From: an uncultured Candidatus Actinomarina sp.
GTDB taxonomy: Bacteria; Actinomycetota; Acidimicrobiia; Actinomarinales; Actinomarinaceae
NCBI GenBank assembly: GCA_902599555.1
Contig: CACKFQ010000004.1
Location: 44,454-108,453 of the forward strand
DNA: 64,000 nucleotides
Reading direction: 5' to 3'
The notes beneath the pieces are model-generated. The model did no database searches. It had not been told where the DNA came from and was given only the letters and a program-made list of their open reading frames with translations. Position numbers and translations under genes: made by a program. Below are positions 21,175 to 30,471 of this stretch, piece after piece. How positions within the stretch are numbered: position 1 is the first letter of the stretch; each line of letters starts with the position of its first letter.

Positions 21175-21831
21175 TTAAAGCCTTGGTGTAATCCATGTAG
21201 ATTTTGGAGGTAATATATAATCAATATTTATTAAGTCTTCTGGTGTTAATGCTGTGAACTTTATAAGCAAAGAAGAATTACTTACATCTTCAAGAATAGG
21301 TGAAATAATATTTTCATTCTGCATAATTTTTTTAAAACCATATAAATCCATCAAACTAGGTTTGCTATTATTAACAAATTTTTTGTTATTAAAGAAAATT
21401 CCAAAATCTTCTTTATTAGATTCAAAATAACCTGCTTCATTTAAATATTTAAGAAAACTTTCTTTTTCTATATTTATGTTAAAAAGATAAGATTTAATTT
21501 TTACATCTTGAAAATTTATCAATATACATTTTAATTTATTTACTGAATTTTCTTTATTTGCATACTTCCATCTGTGGTGACCATCCAAAAGAATTAATTT
21601 TTCAGTTTCGAATGTTTTAACCTGACTGTCTAAATATTCCTCGGGATATAGTGATAAAACAATCGGTTCAAAATTATCAATATCTACACCTGATGAAATT
21701 TCATTCTTTGTAATAGTCTCTTCATGGAGTTTAATATTGTCGATTTCATTCTGAAATAGTGAAAAATCTGAAAGATATCCTATAGTTTTATCTTTATCAA
21801 ATTTATATTCTTTAATGATTGAAAATTTCAA
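21175..21831 (-). CDS. Short DUF1015-like protein (ParB/Srx-fold DGHHR motif)
   Basis: 218 aa containing KLHEET, LLDGHHRW and the C-terminal PPKSTWITPRL, which I recognise as DUF1015 hallmarks. It is about half the usual length. Confidence 0.5.
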   Translation of the reverse strand: MKFSIIKEYKFDKDKTIGYLSDFSLFQNEIDNIKLHEETITKNEISSGVDIDNFEPIVLSLYPEEYLDSQVKTFETEKLILLDGHHRWKYANKENSVNKLKCILINFQDVKIKSYLFNINIEKESFLKYLNEAGYFESNKEDFGIFFNNKKFVNNSKPSLMDLYGFKKIMQNENIISPILEDVSNSSLLIKFTALTPEDLINIDYILPPKSTWITPRL

Positions 21832-22905
21832 TTATTTAATCCCTATTACATAATTTTTAAAATATTTCATAAAGTAATCGAACATATGATCATCAATACT
21901 GTTAAATAAACTAACTCTTATACCACCTACGCTTCTATGACCGTTTATGCCTATAATCCCTTTTTCAGCAGCCAAATTAACAAATTCTTTGTTATGTTCA
22001 TCATTTAAAAAATTAAATACAATATTTGACTTACTTCTAAATTTGTTTTCAACTTTGCAATCTAAAACATCCGAGTTGTTATCGATAAAATCATATATTT
22101 CTTTAGATTGTTCATGTGCTTTATTTTGAAAATAGTCAATACCCCCCATTTCGAGCATCCAGTTTGTTACAAGATTAAGTACATATATAGACATAGTTGG
22201 AGGAGTGTTTAAAATTGAATTTGATTTTGCTAGAAGCTTAAGATTTAAATATTTAGGATTATCTGAATCAGTTAAAAATTCTTCTTTGACAAGACAAATT
22301 GTAACTCCTGGGATCCCCATATTTTTTTGAGCACCAGCATATACATAACTTAAATTATTAAAATTAAAATTGTATGAACCTAAGTCTGAGGACATATCAA
22401 TTATTAAATTTTTATGATTAATAGTGTTAAAATTCTGAATTTGTAAACCTTCAATTGTCTCATTAGAAGTTAAATGTAGAAAATCTATATTTTGAAAACC
22501 AGAGTACTCTTTATCTAGGTAGGTTTCTAATTCTCTATCTCTAGCTTCAAACACATCGAAATTATTAAATATTTTTGAATAATCTTCTGCAGTTTTTTTT
22601 CCCCATGTACCTGTTACTAAGCAACCCAAATTACGATTTTTTGGAATATTCATTGGTACAAAAGTATTTTGATAAGTAGCTCCCCCTTGTAAAAGCAAGA
22701 CGTTAAAGTCTTTTGGGAGGTGAAATAACTTTTCAAAATTAAGATTTATTTCATTTAGTAATTCACCAAATTCTGAGCTCCTATGAGAAATTTCTAAAAC
22801 AGATTTTCCAGTTTTTTTATATTCCTTTACAGCTTTTTCAACTTTGTTAATAACAACTTGTGGCAATTTTGATGGACCGGGGGAGAAATTAAATACTTTT
22901 GTCAA
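21832..22905 (-). CDS. serC: Phosphoserine aminotransferase
   Basis: 357 aa with N-terminal FNFSPGPSKLPQVV...EISHRSSEF, typical of SerC. Confidence 0.9.
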   Translation of the reverse strand: MTKVFNFSPGPSKLPQVVINKVEKAVKEYKKTGKSVLEISHRSSEFGELLNEINLNFEKLFHLPKDFNVLLLQGGATYQNTFVPMNIPKNRNLGCLVTGTWGKKTAEDYSKIFNNFDVFEARDRELETYLDKEYSGFQNIDFLHLTSNETIEGLQIQNFNTINHKNLIIDMSSDLGSYNFNFNNLSYVYAGAQKNMGIPGVTICLVKEEFLTDSDNPKYLNLKLLAKSNSILNTPPTMSIYVLNLVTNWMLEMGGIDYFQNKAHEQSKEIYDFIDNNSDVLDCKVENKFRSKSNIVFNFLNDEHNKEFVNLAAEKGIIGINGHRSVGGIRVSLFNSIDDHMFDYFMKYFKNYVIGIK

Positions 22906-24232
22906 CTAATACCCCCATATTTAACATTCTAAACCCATATCCAAAAATTAAGCCTGTGAATGCATTGAATTCTTCTACTGGAATTACAAAAAAGAATAAA
23001 AAGAGAAAAAGAATTTTTAACAAACTTTCATAATCTTTTTTAATCAAAAATTTATATATTGGAAATGAGAACAAAATTAGTAAAAAAATTAATCCTGAAG
23101 AAATTATCGTATTAATTAGCAAACTTTGTGTATTAGGTTTATAAAAGTTTAATGAATAACTGCCAGTACCAAAATTTTCAGCTTGATACCTTTTATTTAG
23201 ATAATTTGGTAAAACCCTATTGGTTATATACATTTCTTCGTTGATCTCTTTTGTAAGATATTGTTGATAATCTTGAACTATAGAATTAAAACCTTTCCCA
23301 AAAAAATTCATATCTCTACTAGAAAGAAAATCAATAACATTTTTCCTATCTGTATCTAATTCAGTAACTGTGCCAATATCTTCAAAAGAAATAAGGTCTA
23401 TAGATTCATCAACACTTATTTCCAAGCACTCATTGCTTGTTGGATTAATTTTACATTCCTGTATTGAAATAAAACTAAACAAAAGCACTCCAGATAAAAA
23501 CAAGATTATTTTGCTGTTTTGGCTTTTTTTGAATAAATATAAACTTAAAAAAAGAATGGTTCCAGAAATGGCAAAAATTCTTAATAAATCACTTCTGGAA
23601 AATCCAAGAGAAAGAGCCATTATCAAAATTGATATAAAGCTAATATTTTTCTTACCAAATAGAAGTATTAAAGATAAAGGAAAAATATATGACACAAACA
23701 AAACAGGTTCTCTAAATGTTCCCATAGCCCTATGGGGCTCATATGGCCAAAATGTGGATTGTGCAGCATTACCTAATAAATTTGTATTAGACCTATTGCG
23801 AAATGGCTCATATAGATCGAATATTTGTGATATGTAAATATAAATAGTTATTACCGAAATTACTATTAATAATTTTTCTAATAAGTCCATAAAAAATTTA
23901 TGGTCTATTGATTGTAAAAATGAATGTGATACATAAATCACTAGAAAAAAAGATAAATAATTAAATAATCTCAGTTGGTAATTTCTTTCCAAGAGTATTT
24001 CAAAGTCAGAAAAAATCTCAAAAAATATAGGAATAATAACTAAAGCCATAAATATATAAAAGATTGATGAAAAATTAGAAGTAATTTTCTTAAAATTTAA
24101 AATAAATAAAAACAAAAGAACTGATAAACCAATCCATTGAACTGGTATATTTCCAAATGAATAGGCATCTAAAGAAATCAAAAATAATGCAATTATTATT
24201 CCATTTAATTTTAAATTATTAATATTTGTCAT
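22889..24232 (-). CDS. O-antigen polymerase/ligase-like (Wzy-type) polytopic membrane protein
   Basis: 447 aa with more than 10 predicted TM segments and a LSLGFSRSDLLRIFA motif. Adjacent to a flippase. Confidence 0.6.
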   Translation of the reverse strand: MTNINNLKLNGIIIALFLISLDAYSFGNIPVQWIGLSVLLFLFILNFKKITSNFSSIFYIFMALVIIPIFFEIFSDFEILLERNYQLRLFNYLSFFLVIYVSHSFLQSIDHKFFMDLLEKLLIVISVITIYIYISQIFDLYEPFRNRSNTNLLGNAAQSTFWPYEPHRAMGTFREPVLFVSYIFPLSLILLFGKKNISFISILIMALSLGFSRSDLLRIFAISGTILFLSLYLFKKSQNSKIILFLSGVLLFSFISIQECKINPTSNECLEISVDESIDLISFEDIGTVTELDTDRKNVIDFLSSRDMNFFGKGFNSIVQDYQQYLTKEINEEMYITNRVLPNYLNKRYQAENFGTGSYSLNFYKPNTQSLLINTIISSGLIFLLILFSFPIYKFLIKKDYESLLKILFLFLFFFVIPVEEFNAFTGLIFGYGFRMLNMGVLVDKSI

Positions 24233-24276
24233 CCACCTTAAATGATAACTAAGCTGCTTGGAAAAATGTGAAAAAT

Positions 24277-25512
24277 TTAATTTTGCTCTGAGTACATATT
24301 GAACGCGTAAAATTCATATAATTTTTGAACAATCATACTCAAAGATAATGCAATTGCTATACCAACTGCAGCAAATTGATCTACAAAAAAGAATGAAGCT
24401 AGGACAAATATAAATAGTGAAATTAGCCTACTAACAGCATGGTATTGAATCAAATTTGAAAATAAAAGTAGTTGTCGTATCCAAAATGTATTTAGATAAA
24501 TTATATAACCTATGACAAGAACAAGCATTGGTTCATAGGCATCAAGAAAAGCACTACCCGAAATAAGGTTTATCAAGTTTTCACCAAAATATATGTATGG
24601 AATAATAATGATTGTTGAGAGTGGTAACAAGAAATTTTTAACAAGGTCAGAGAAGTTTGCCCTTAAACTTTCTTTTGAAAGCTGATTTTGAACCAATGGT
24701 GTCAAAACTGAAACAATATATGTAAATGGTTCAACAAGTCGTTTTGCAATTCTAAAAATACCAACAGTTGAAAGATCTGTAAAGTAACCCAGAATCACTA
24801 TATCTAAATGCTGTGGGACTATGCCTACAAGTTGGTCTAGTCGTTGTTTGAGAAAATCTGATTTAAATTTCCTAAAGTAATCCGTTAAATTTTTTATTGA
24901 TACTTCTGAAATACTTAAATAATTTCTACAAATGAAAAAACCAAAAAAACCATAAACAGTTGAGAATACTGCTTGTCCTATAAAATAATTATCAATACTT
25001 GCATTTACACTAAACAAAATAACAATTGTAATAAATCTCATCAAACTTGAAACTGTATCTATCAAAGCAAATTTTTTGAACTGACCGTTAAAAGTTAATA
25101 CTGCTTTTGAGCTCTCCGAAAGAGTCTGAAATATTCTAGAAATTAATAATATATTGAGTGCAAAACTCATACTGTAGTTTCCAAATAGTGAATTAAGTTC
25201 AGATTGAAATAATACCAAACAAATCAAATAGCAAACTATACCAATTAGTAAGTCATATATAAGAGATAGCGTAAACATACTTTCTCCGTATTTTTTTAAC
25301 ATCAATAGAGTCACATCACTGTTTCTTGCATGAAGTGTCCTAAAAATAATTGCTATTAATGCTAAAACTAATACTGCTTGACCATAGCTGGCAGTACCCA
25401 AGCCTCTAGTAACAATACCAACCTGTACAAATAGAATAACAACAATTAGTAATTGAGAAGAAGCTAGTTCTTTTATTTCAAAGATTAAAGTTTTTAAATA
25501 CTTAAAATTCAT
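24277..25512 (-). CDS. Polysaccharide flippase (Wzx/MOP superfamily)
   Basis: 411 aa and highly hydrophobic (about 12 TM), with typical Wzx architecture and context. Confidence 0.65.
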   Translation of the reverse strand: MNFKYLKTLIFEIKELASSQLLIVVILFVQVGIVTRGLGTASYGQAVLVLALIAIIFRTLHARNSDVTLLMLKKYGESMFTLSLIYDLLIGIVCYLICLVLFQSELNSLFGNYSMSFALNILLISRIFQTLSESSKAVLTFNGQFKKFALIDTVSSLMRFITIVILFSVNASIDNYFIGQAVFSTVYGFFGFFICRNYLSISEVSIKNLTDYFRKFKSDFLKQRLDQLVGIVPQHLDIVILGYFTDLSTVGIFRIAKRLVEPFTYIVSVLTPLVQNQLSKESLRANFSDLVKNFLLPLSTIIIIPYIYFGENLINLISGSAFLDAYEPMLVLVIGYIIYLNTFWIRQLLLFSNLIQYHAVSRLISLFIFVLASFFFVDQFAAVGIAIALSLSMIVQKLYEFYAFNMYSEQN

Positions 25513-25521
25513 TTATTTATG

Positions 25522-25594
25522 TGGAGCTGAGGGGATTTGAACCCCTGACCCCCTGCATGCCATGCAGGTGCTCTGCCAGCTGAGCTACAGCCCC
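25522..25594 (-). tRNA. tRNA-Ala (anticodon GGC)
   Basis: Reverse complement GGGGCTGTAGCTCAGCTGGCAGAGCACCTGCATGGCATGCAGGGGGTCAGGGGTTCAAATCCCCTCAGCTCCA. It carries the G3-U70 Ala identity pair. Confidence 0.92.
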
Positions 25595-25604
25595 TAAATT
25601 ATTT

Positions 25605-25958
25605 TTATCCGTATTGATAAAGAGTCTCACTATCAAAATATATATCTTCAATATTGTAATACTCTCTAGATTCTTCAGTAAAAATTTGAATTAATATGCC
25701 TTTAACACTTATTAATAACCAATTTGAGTTTTCACCCTCATATGTGAAATTTTGTATCTGTAAATTTTTTCTTATGTTTTTAATAATTGCACTCATTTGC
25801 ACTAAAGAATTTGCAGTACAGATAATTACATTGTCATGAAACTGATCAGATTCTAGTTTTAAAACTTTTATGTTTGTTACTTTTTGTGTCAAAAGTAAAT
25901 CGACCAATGAATCTATAATAAAGCTGTTTTCTTCTGTTAAAGTCTTAAATTGATTCAC
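25605..25958 (-). CDS. rsfS: Ribosomal silencing factor RsfS (Iojap)
   Basis: 117 aa with GTG start. Central and C-terminal strings (LISVKGILIQIFTEESREYYNIEDIY) match the RsfS pattern. Confidence 0.85.
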   Translation of the reverse strand: MNQFKTLTEENSFIIDSLVDLLLTQKVTNIKVLKLESDQFHDNVIICTANSLVQMSAIIKNIRKNLQIQNFTYEGENSNWLLISVKGILIQIFTEESREYYNIEDIYFDSETLYQYG

Positions 25959-26015
25959 TTATAAATATGTTACCATGTAATAATAAACACACTATTCTTA
26001 AATATAAGGGTTAAT

Positions 26016-26474
26016 TTGGATAGAATAAAAAACTTTTTTAGTTTGTTTGAGCGAGTATTCAACAGTCGAAGACTGAGAACAATACTTGGTGTTTTATTAT
26101 TTTGTATTGTTAGTTTTGGTTATATTTTTTACTTGTCAGAACCACAAATTAAAACTTTTGGAGATGGAATTTGGTGGGCACTAGTTACTATCACTACTGT
26201 AGGCTATGGTGACATAACACCATTAACGACACTTGGTAGGTTTGTAGCTGGTACTTTAATGTTTGTTGGGCTTGGATTAATTGCTACTGTTACAGCAATT
26301 GTTTCTGCCAAATTCATAGCAAATTATGTAGATCATCATACCAATGACGATGTATTAGAAAAACTTGAAGAACTAGAATCTGAAATTGAAAAACTTAAGT
26401 CATTAGAAGAAGATGAACTTGAAAAACTCGATGAATTAGATTCTGAAATTCAAGATATAAAAGACAAATTTTAA
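26016..26474 (+). CDS. Minimal 2-TM potassium channel (KcsA-like) with acidic coiled-coil tail
   Basis: 152 aa: TM1, a pore helix plus selectivity filter (WWALVTITTVGYGD), TM2, then ELESEIEKL/ELDSEIQDI heptad-like repeats. TTG start is preceded by AAGGG, 5 nt upstream. Confidence 0.88.
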   Translation: MDRIKNFFSLFERVFNSRRLRTILGVLLFCIVSFGYIFYLSEPQIKTFGDGIWWALVTITTVGYGDITPLTTLGRFVAGTLMFVGLGLIATVTAIVSAKFIANYVDHHTNDDVLEKLEELESEIEKLKSLEEDELEKLDELDSEIQDIKDKF

Positions 26475-27037
26475 TAAAGACTGTTTTTCTTAATATATTG
26501 AATTATTTTTAATGGAATTTCCTCATCATTAAATATATTGTCTTTAAGCTTATGTCTTATGGAAGTAGAGCTTAAATCTAATTTTTTACCATCAATCAAT
26601 TCATAATCAAAAGGAAAGTTTTCTTTCAAATTAATTACACTGTCTTCTTTTCTTAAAGCAATTAAAAAATTAGTAAGTTCTGATAATTTTTCATAATTAT
26701 TCCATGTTCTAATGTTTATAGCTGTGTCAGACCCAAGAATGAAATATAAATTATCTTTCTCATGATTTAATTTAGTAAGTGTATCGAAAGTATAAGAAGG
26801 AATATTTTCAGATTTTTCAATATCACTAATTTCAAATTTATTTGAACCCTCAATGAGAATTTTTGTCATTTCAAATCTGTGAATAAATGATGTAGCATAT
26901 TTTTTTTGCCATGGATTTCCAGAAGGTATGAAAAGAACTTTATCTAAATCAAATTGTTTAATAGCCCTTTCAGCGATTTTAAGATGTGCTTTATGAGGAG
27001 GGTCAAAAGTACCACCAAGAATTCCTATCTTCATCAT
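26471..27037 (-). CDS. nadD: Nicotinate-nucleotide adenylyltransferase
   Basis: GILGGTFDPPHKAH (HxGH-type motif) and C-terminal SSTSIR. Confidence 0.92.
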   Translation of the reverse strand: MMKIGILGGTFDPPHKAHLKIAERAIKQFDLDKVLFIPSGNPWQKKYATSFIHRFEMTKILIEGSNKFEISDIEKSENIPSYTFDTLTKLNHEKDNLYFILGSDTAINIRTWNNYEKLSELTNFLIALRKEDSVINLKENFPFDYELIDGKKLDLSSTSIRHKLKDNIFNDEEIPLKIIQYIKKNSLY

Positions 27038-28383
27038 TTAATTACCTTTTTAAAATTTATACTGTTTATAAAAGTTTTTAATTGTTCAAAATTCCTAACT
27101 TCAGAATATTTCTTAGAGATTGACTGATAATGATAAAATTGACTATCACCTGTGTTCCAATATTGGCTTCTTTCTGGATTCATCCAATAAATATTCTGAA
27201 ACTTTTTTGATAGCTTATCAATTGTTTCTGTGTTTATAGGCCTGTAATTATTTCTCGCATCTCCAATAACAATAAGAGTGTTAAAACTCGAATTGCTAAT
27301 TATTTTCTCATCTAATAAATCTTTAAACGACTTGTCATAATCAGAATGTCCATCAACATGAACATAGTTATTCCAATTTGTAAGAATTTTATTTATGTTA
27401 TTAAATTTTAAATTTTTTAATTCTTTTGTGATGTCTGTGATTCCGTCAATAAATACGAACGCGTGTACAGATGTGAAGCGTTGCACTACTCCAAAAAGTA
27501 AGGTAAGCCCAAACAAAGAATAAAGAGCCATTGAACCGCTAATGTCACATAAAAGAATCAACCTGGGTTTCTTTTTTATCTTCGGTTTTAAAACAATATC
27601 ATAAAGACTTCCACCATTTTTCAAGGATTTACGAATAGTTTTTCTAAATAGTAACTTGCCTTTAGAAGCTGATTTTGTATATTTTACAAACTTGTTTGCC
27701 AAGATTAGTCCAAGATTTCTCGTCTCTTTAAGTAACTTTCTTCTTTCTTCAGCATCTGTAAATAAAAAATCTTTTTCATCTAGATTTTCTTTTGGATTTA
27801 GTTCTGATGGTATGTAAGCTTCTTTAAATTGATTTCTCAGTTCTGAAACTCTTTCGAGTATTGATTGATTTAATTGACTAATAAAGTAATTTTTATTTTC
27901 TTCATTGATAATTTCATCTAAATCATTATCAAAATCAATATCAAAAAAACTAACTGAATCAAGAAAAGCAAGGGAGTTCTGTAGCTGATTTAACCAATAA
28001 TTGTTAGATACTGGTCTACTAAAATCTATTTCACCAAATTCTTTAATAATGTCATCAGCAAGTTTTTGAAATCTTGAAAGTGAGTTTTCGTTAAAAAAAT
28101 CTTCAACTCTTTCTTCTTTATAATCTAGCAAGAAAATAGATTGATCTTCATAGTCACCTACTAAGAAATTAAAGTACTGATGAATAAGTTCTTTCAATTT
28201 CTCTTTTTCTTCTCTATTGGAAGGAAGCAATGAATAAATAAAACTTACATCTCTTTCAAAATTATCATGTTGGGCTTTTTGCAAAAATTTAATTAAATTG
28301 CTTACTCTTTCAGATGGAAACTTTAATGAATTCTCTGAACAATAATGAGAAAAATTAATTAACTCATTGGTTTTTATTTGCAT
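27034..28383 (-). CDS. VWA domain protein, CoxE-like
   Basis: 449 aa. C-terminal VWA has MIDAS LLCDISGSM and later IVIGDARNN. The N-terminal ~250 aa are unassigned. It overlaps the MoxR gene by 20 nt. Confidence 0.8.
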   Translation of the reverse strand: MQIKTNELINFSHYCSENSLKFPSERVSNLIKFLQKAQHDNFERDVSFIYSLLPSNREEKEKLKELIHQYFNFLVGDYEDQSIFLLDYKEERVEDFFNENSLSRFQKLADDIIKEFGEIDFSRPVSNNYWLNQLQNSLAFLDSVSFFDIDFDNDLDEIINEENKNYFISQLNQSILERVSELRNQFKEAYIPSELNPKENLDEKDFLFTDAEERRKLLKETRNLGLILANKFVKYTKSASKGKLLFRKTIRKSLKNGGSLYDIVLKPKIKKKPRLILLCDISGSMALYSLFGLTLLFGVVQRFTSVHAFVFIDGITDITKELKNLKFNNINKILTNWNNYVHVDGHSDYDKSFKDLLDEKIISNSSFNTLIVIGDARNNYRPINTETIDKLSKKFQNIYWMNPERSQYWNTGDSQFYHYQSISKKYSEVRNFEQLKTFINSINFKKVIK

Positions 28384-29194
28384 TATCTTCTTTAATTTTA
28401 TCTAGATATATTTTTTGGTCTTCAATATCTTTTATAAGAATTCCGATATTTGAATCTAAAGATACCTTATCATTTAAATGATTGTATTTTACCCATTCAA
28501 CTGATTCGATTAAAGAAGGTGGCTTGTTTAGACCAAGCGATCTTACAAAATTGCTAAAAATAGAAAACTTTTTTGCTTTTTCTTCATCTATATTTTCTAC
28601 GTTGTTAAGAATTACTTTTGTTTCTATATCAACTGATGGGTAGTCTAGGTAAAAATACAAACATCTTCTTCTCAATGCTTCAGAAAGCTCTCTTGTAGCA
28701 TTAGATGTTAACACAGTAAGATTATCGTTCTTTGAAGTGATAGTTCCTAACTCAGGAATACTTACTTGGTTTTCAGCTAGAACTTCTAATAACAAAGCCT
28801 CAAACTCTTCATCTGATCTATCAATTTCATCTACGAGAAAAATAGATTTTTCATTAGACCTTAGAGATTGTAGAATCGGTCTCTCAATCAAAAATTCTTC
28901 AGTAAATAAATTTTTGGAGTCCTGTTCGGTTTGTATTGATAAAAGCTGCTTTTTGTAATTCCACTCATAAAGAGCCTTGTCTTCATCTATACCTTCATGA
29001 CATTGAAGTCGAATTAATTGAGTTTTAAATATCTTTGAGAGAGTTTTTGCAAGATAAGTTTTTCCGGTACCAGCAGGACCCTCTATTAAAATGGGTTTAT
29101 TTAAATACAATGAAGCATTGACAATGTCTACTAATTCTTGGTCTGCAAAATAACCGTTGTCTTCGAAATCTTTTACTGTTAAATTGTTTATCAT
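28364..29194 (-). CDS. MoxR/CoxD-like AAA+ ATPase
   Basis: 276 aa with Walker A GPAGTGKTYLA, Walker B FLVDEIDR, and a sensor region. Confidence 0.85.
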   Translation of the reverse strand: MINNLTVKDFEDNGYFADQELVDIVNASLYLNKPILIEGPAGTGKTYLAKTLSKIFKTQLIRLQCHEGIDEDKALYEWNYKKQLLSIQTEQDSKNLFTEEFLIERPILQSLRSNEKSIFLVDEIDRSDEEFEALLLEVLAENQVSIPELGTITSKNDNLTVLTSNATRELSEALRRRCLYFYLDYPSVDIETKVILNNVENIDEEKAKKFSIFSNFVRSLGLNKPPSLIESVEWVKYNHLNDKVSLDSNIGILIKDIEDQKIYLDKIKEDNANKNQ

Positions 29195-30432
29195 CCTCTT
29201 ACTGTACCCTCACCTGTAACTACATATCTTTCATTTGTTAACGCCTCTAACCCCATTGGGCCTCGAACGTGTAATTTTTGAGTACTAATTCCAATTTCAG
29301 AACCAAAACCAAACATTTCACCGTCAGTAAATCTTGTAGATGAATTAATAAATATAACTGAAGAATCTATAGATTTAGCGAAAGTGTCTGCAACTTCCTT
29401 TGATTCAGTCAAAATTGCTTCTGTATGTCCAGATGAGTAGACTTTAATATGCTCAATTGCCTGGTCAACACTGTCTACGACTTTTACTGCCAGTTTCAAA
29501 TCTAAAAATTCAGTCTCATAGTGTGATTCGTTAGCAAGATTTAAATTTGGAAAGTCTTCTTTTATTGTTTCGTCTACAAATAATTCAACTTTATTTTCTA
29601 ATAATTCTTCAATGATCAAACTACCCATATCTTGGTAAATCTCACTATTAATTAGCAAGGTTTCAAGAGCATTACATACCCCCGGTCTCTGCACTTTAGA
29701 ATTAATAACTATATCAATAACATGTTCTTTTTTTGCATCCTGATGTATGTATAAATGTACATTTCCATCTCCATCGAGGATAAATGGAACCTTGGAGTTG
29801 TCTACTAGTGTTTGTATTAGCCCCTTTCCCCCTCTTGGAACAATGAGATCAACAAACTCTGTGAGATTCATAAATTCAATAGTGTCTTGACGATCTTTAC
29901 TTTCTATTATCTGAAAAATATTCTTATTACAATTATTTAAAGATAGTGAATTTTGAAGAACTTCAAGAATGGCAATATTTGAGTCAAGACAATAGCTGGA
30001 TCCTCTTAAAATTACAGCATTACCAGATTTTAGACAAAGACCTGAAACATCACTTGTGACATTTGGTCTTGCTTCATAAATAACTCCTATAACTCCAAAA
30101 GGTGAACGAATTTTTTTAATATGTAATCCTTCATCAGTTTTCCAGCTGTCAGTAATATTGCCAACTGGATCTTCTAGGGGAATTATCTTGAGCAAACCAT
30201 TAGCCATACCACTGATTCTTTCTTCACTTAAAGATAATCGGTCAATTAAGGCAGGTGTTAAATCAAGATCCTTAGAATTTTTCAAATCTATTTTGTTAGC
30301 ATCTAAAATTTTTTTTGAGTTTTTAAGCAATTCATCAGACATAGACTGTAATATTTGATTTTTTTTATCAGTGCTTAAAGCTGCAATTTCTGCAGCAGCA
30401 TCTTTTGCTTGTGTTCCTATTTGCTTAAGCAT
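29191..30432 (-). CDS. proA: Gamma-glutamyl phosphate reductase
   Basis: 413 aa aldehyde-dehydrogenase-fold protein with typical ProA strings (VIYEARPNVT, VCNALETLL). Confidence 0.94.
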   Translation of the reverse strand: MLKQIGTQAKDAAAEIAALSTDKKNQILQSMSDELLKNSKKILDANKIDLKNSKDLDLTPALIDRLSLSEERISGMANGLLKIIPLEDPVGNITDSWKTDEGLHIKKIRSPFGVIGVIYEARPNVTSDVSGLCLKSGNAVILRGSSYCLDSNIAILEVLQNSLSLNNCNKNIFQIIESKDRQDTIEFMNLTEFVDLIVPRGGKGLIQTLVDNSKVPFILDGDGNVHLYIHQDAKKEHVIDIVINSKVQRPGVCNALETLLINSEIYQDMGSLIIEELLENKVELFVDETIKEDFPNLNLANESHYETEFLDLKLAVKVVDSVDQAIEHIKVYSSGHTEAILTESKEVADTFAKSIDSSVIFINSSTRFTDGEMFGFGSEIGISTQKLHVRGPMGLEALTNERYVVTGEGTVRG

Positions 30433-30471
30433 ATTAAAAGGTTAATTAACATTTTCTATTAGTAAAATTAT

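Noticed and set aside
23370-23837. 155-aa plus-strand ORF opposite the Wzy-like membrane gene
   Set aside because: It is antisense to a long hydrophobic ORF that fits its context (flippase neighbour). No SD or motif is present. The same reasoning applies to the other 60-135-aa antisense ORFs in the track, such as 5009..5191, 9036..9332, 18024..18392, 42365..42766, 42868..43206, 51784..52191 and 57013..57267.
26380-26460. Short direct DNA repeat (gaa-ctagaatctgaaatt / gaa-ttagattctgaaatt), as a possible repeat element
   Set aside because: It lies inside the K+ channel ORF and simply encodes the repeated ELESEI/ELDSEI heptads of the coiled-coil tail. It is not an independent repeat or a CRISPR-like array.
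27034-29194. MoxR-VWA pair as a possible phage-defence or mobile module
   Set aside because: There is no associated nuclease, protease, effector, integrase or flanking repeats. The pair is translationally coupled to proA and nadD and has the same composition as its neighbours, which favours a housekeeping chaperone role (reported as a finding on that basis).
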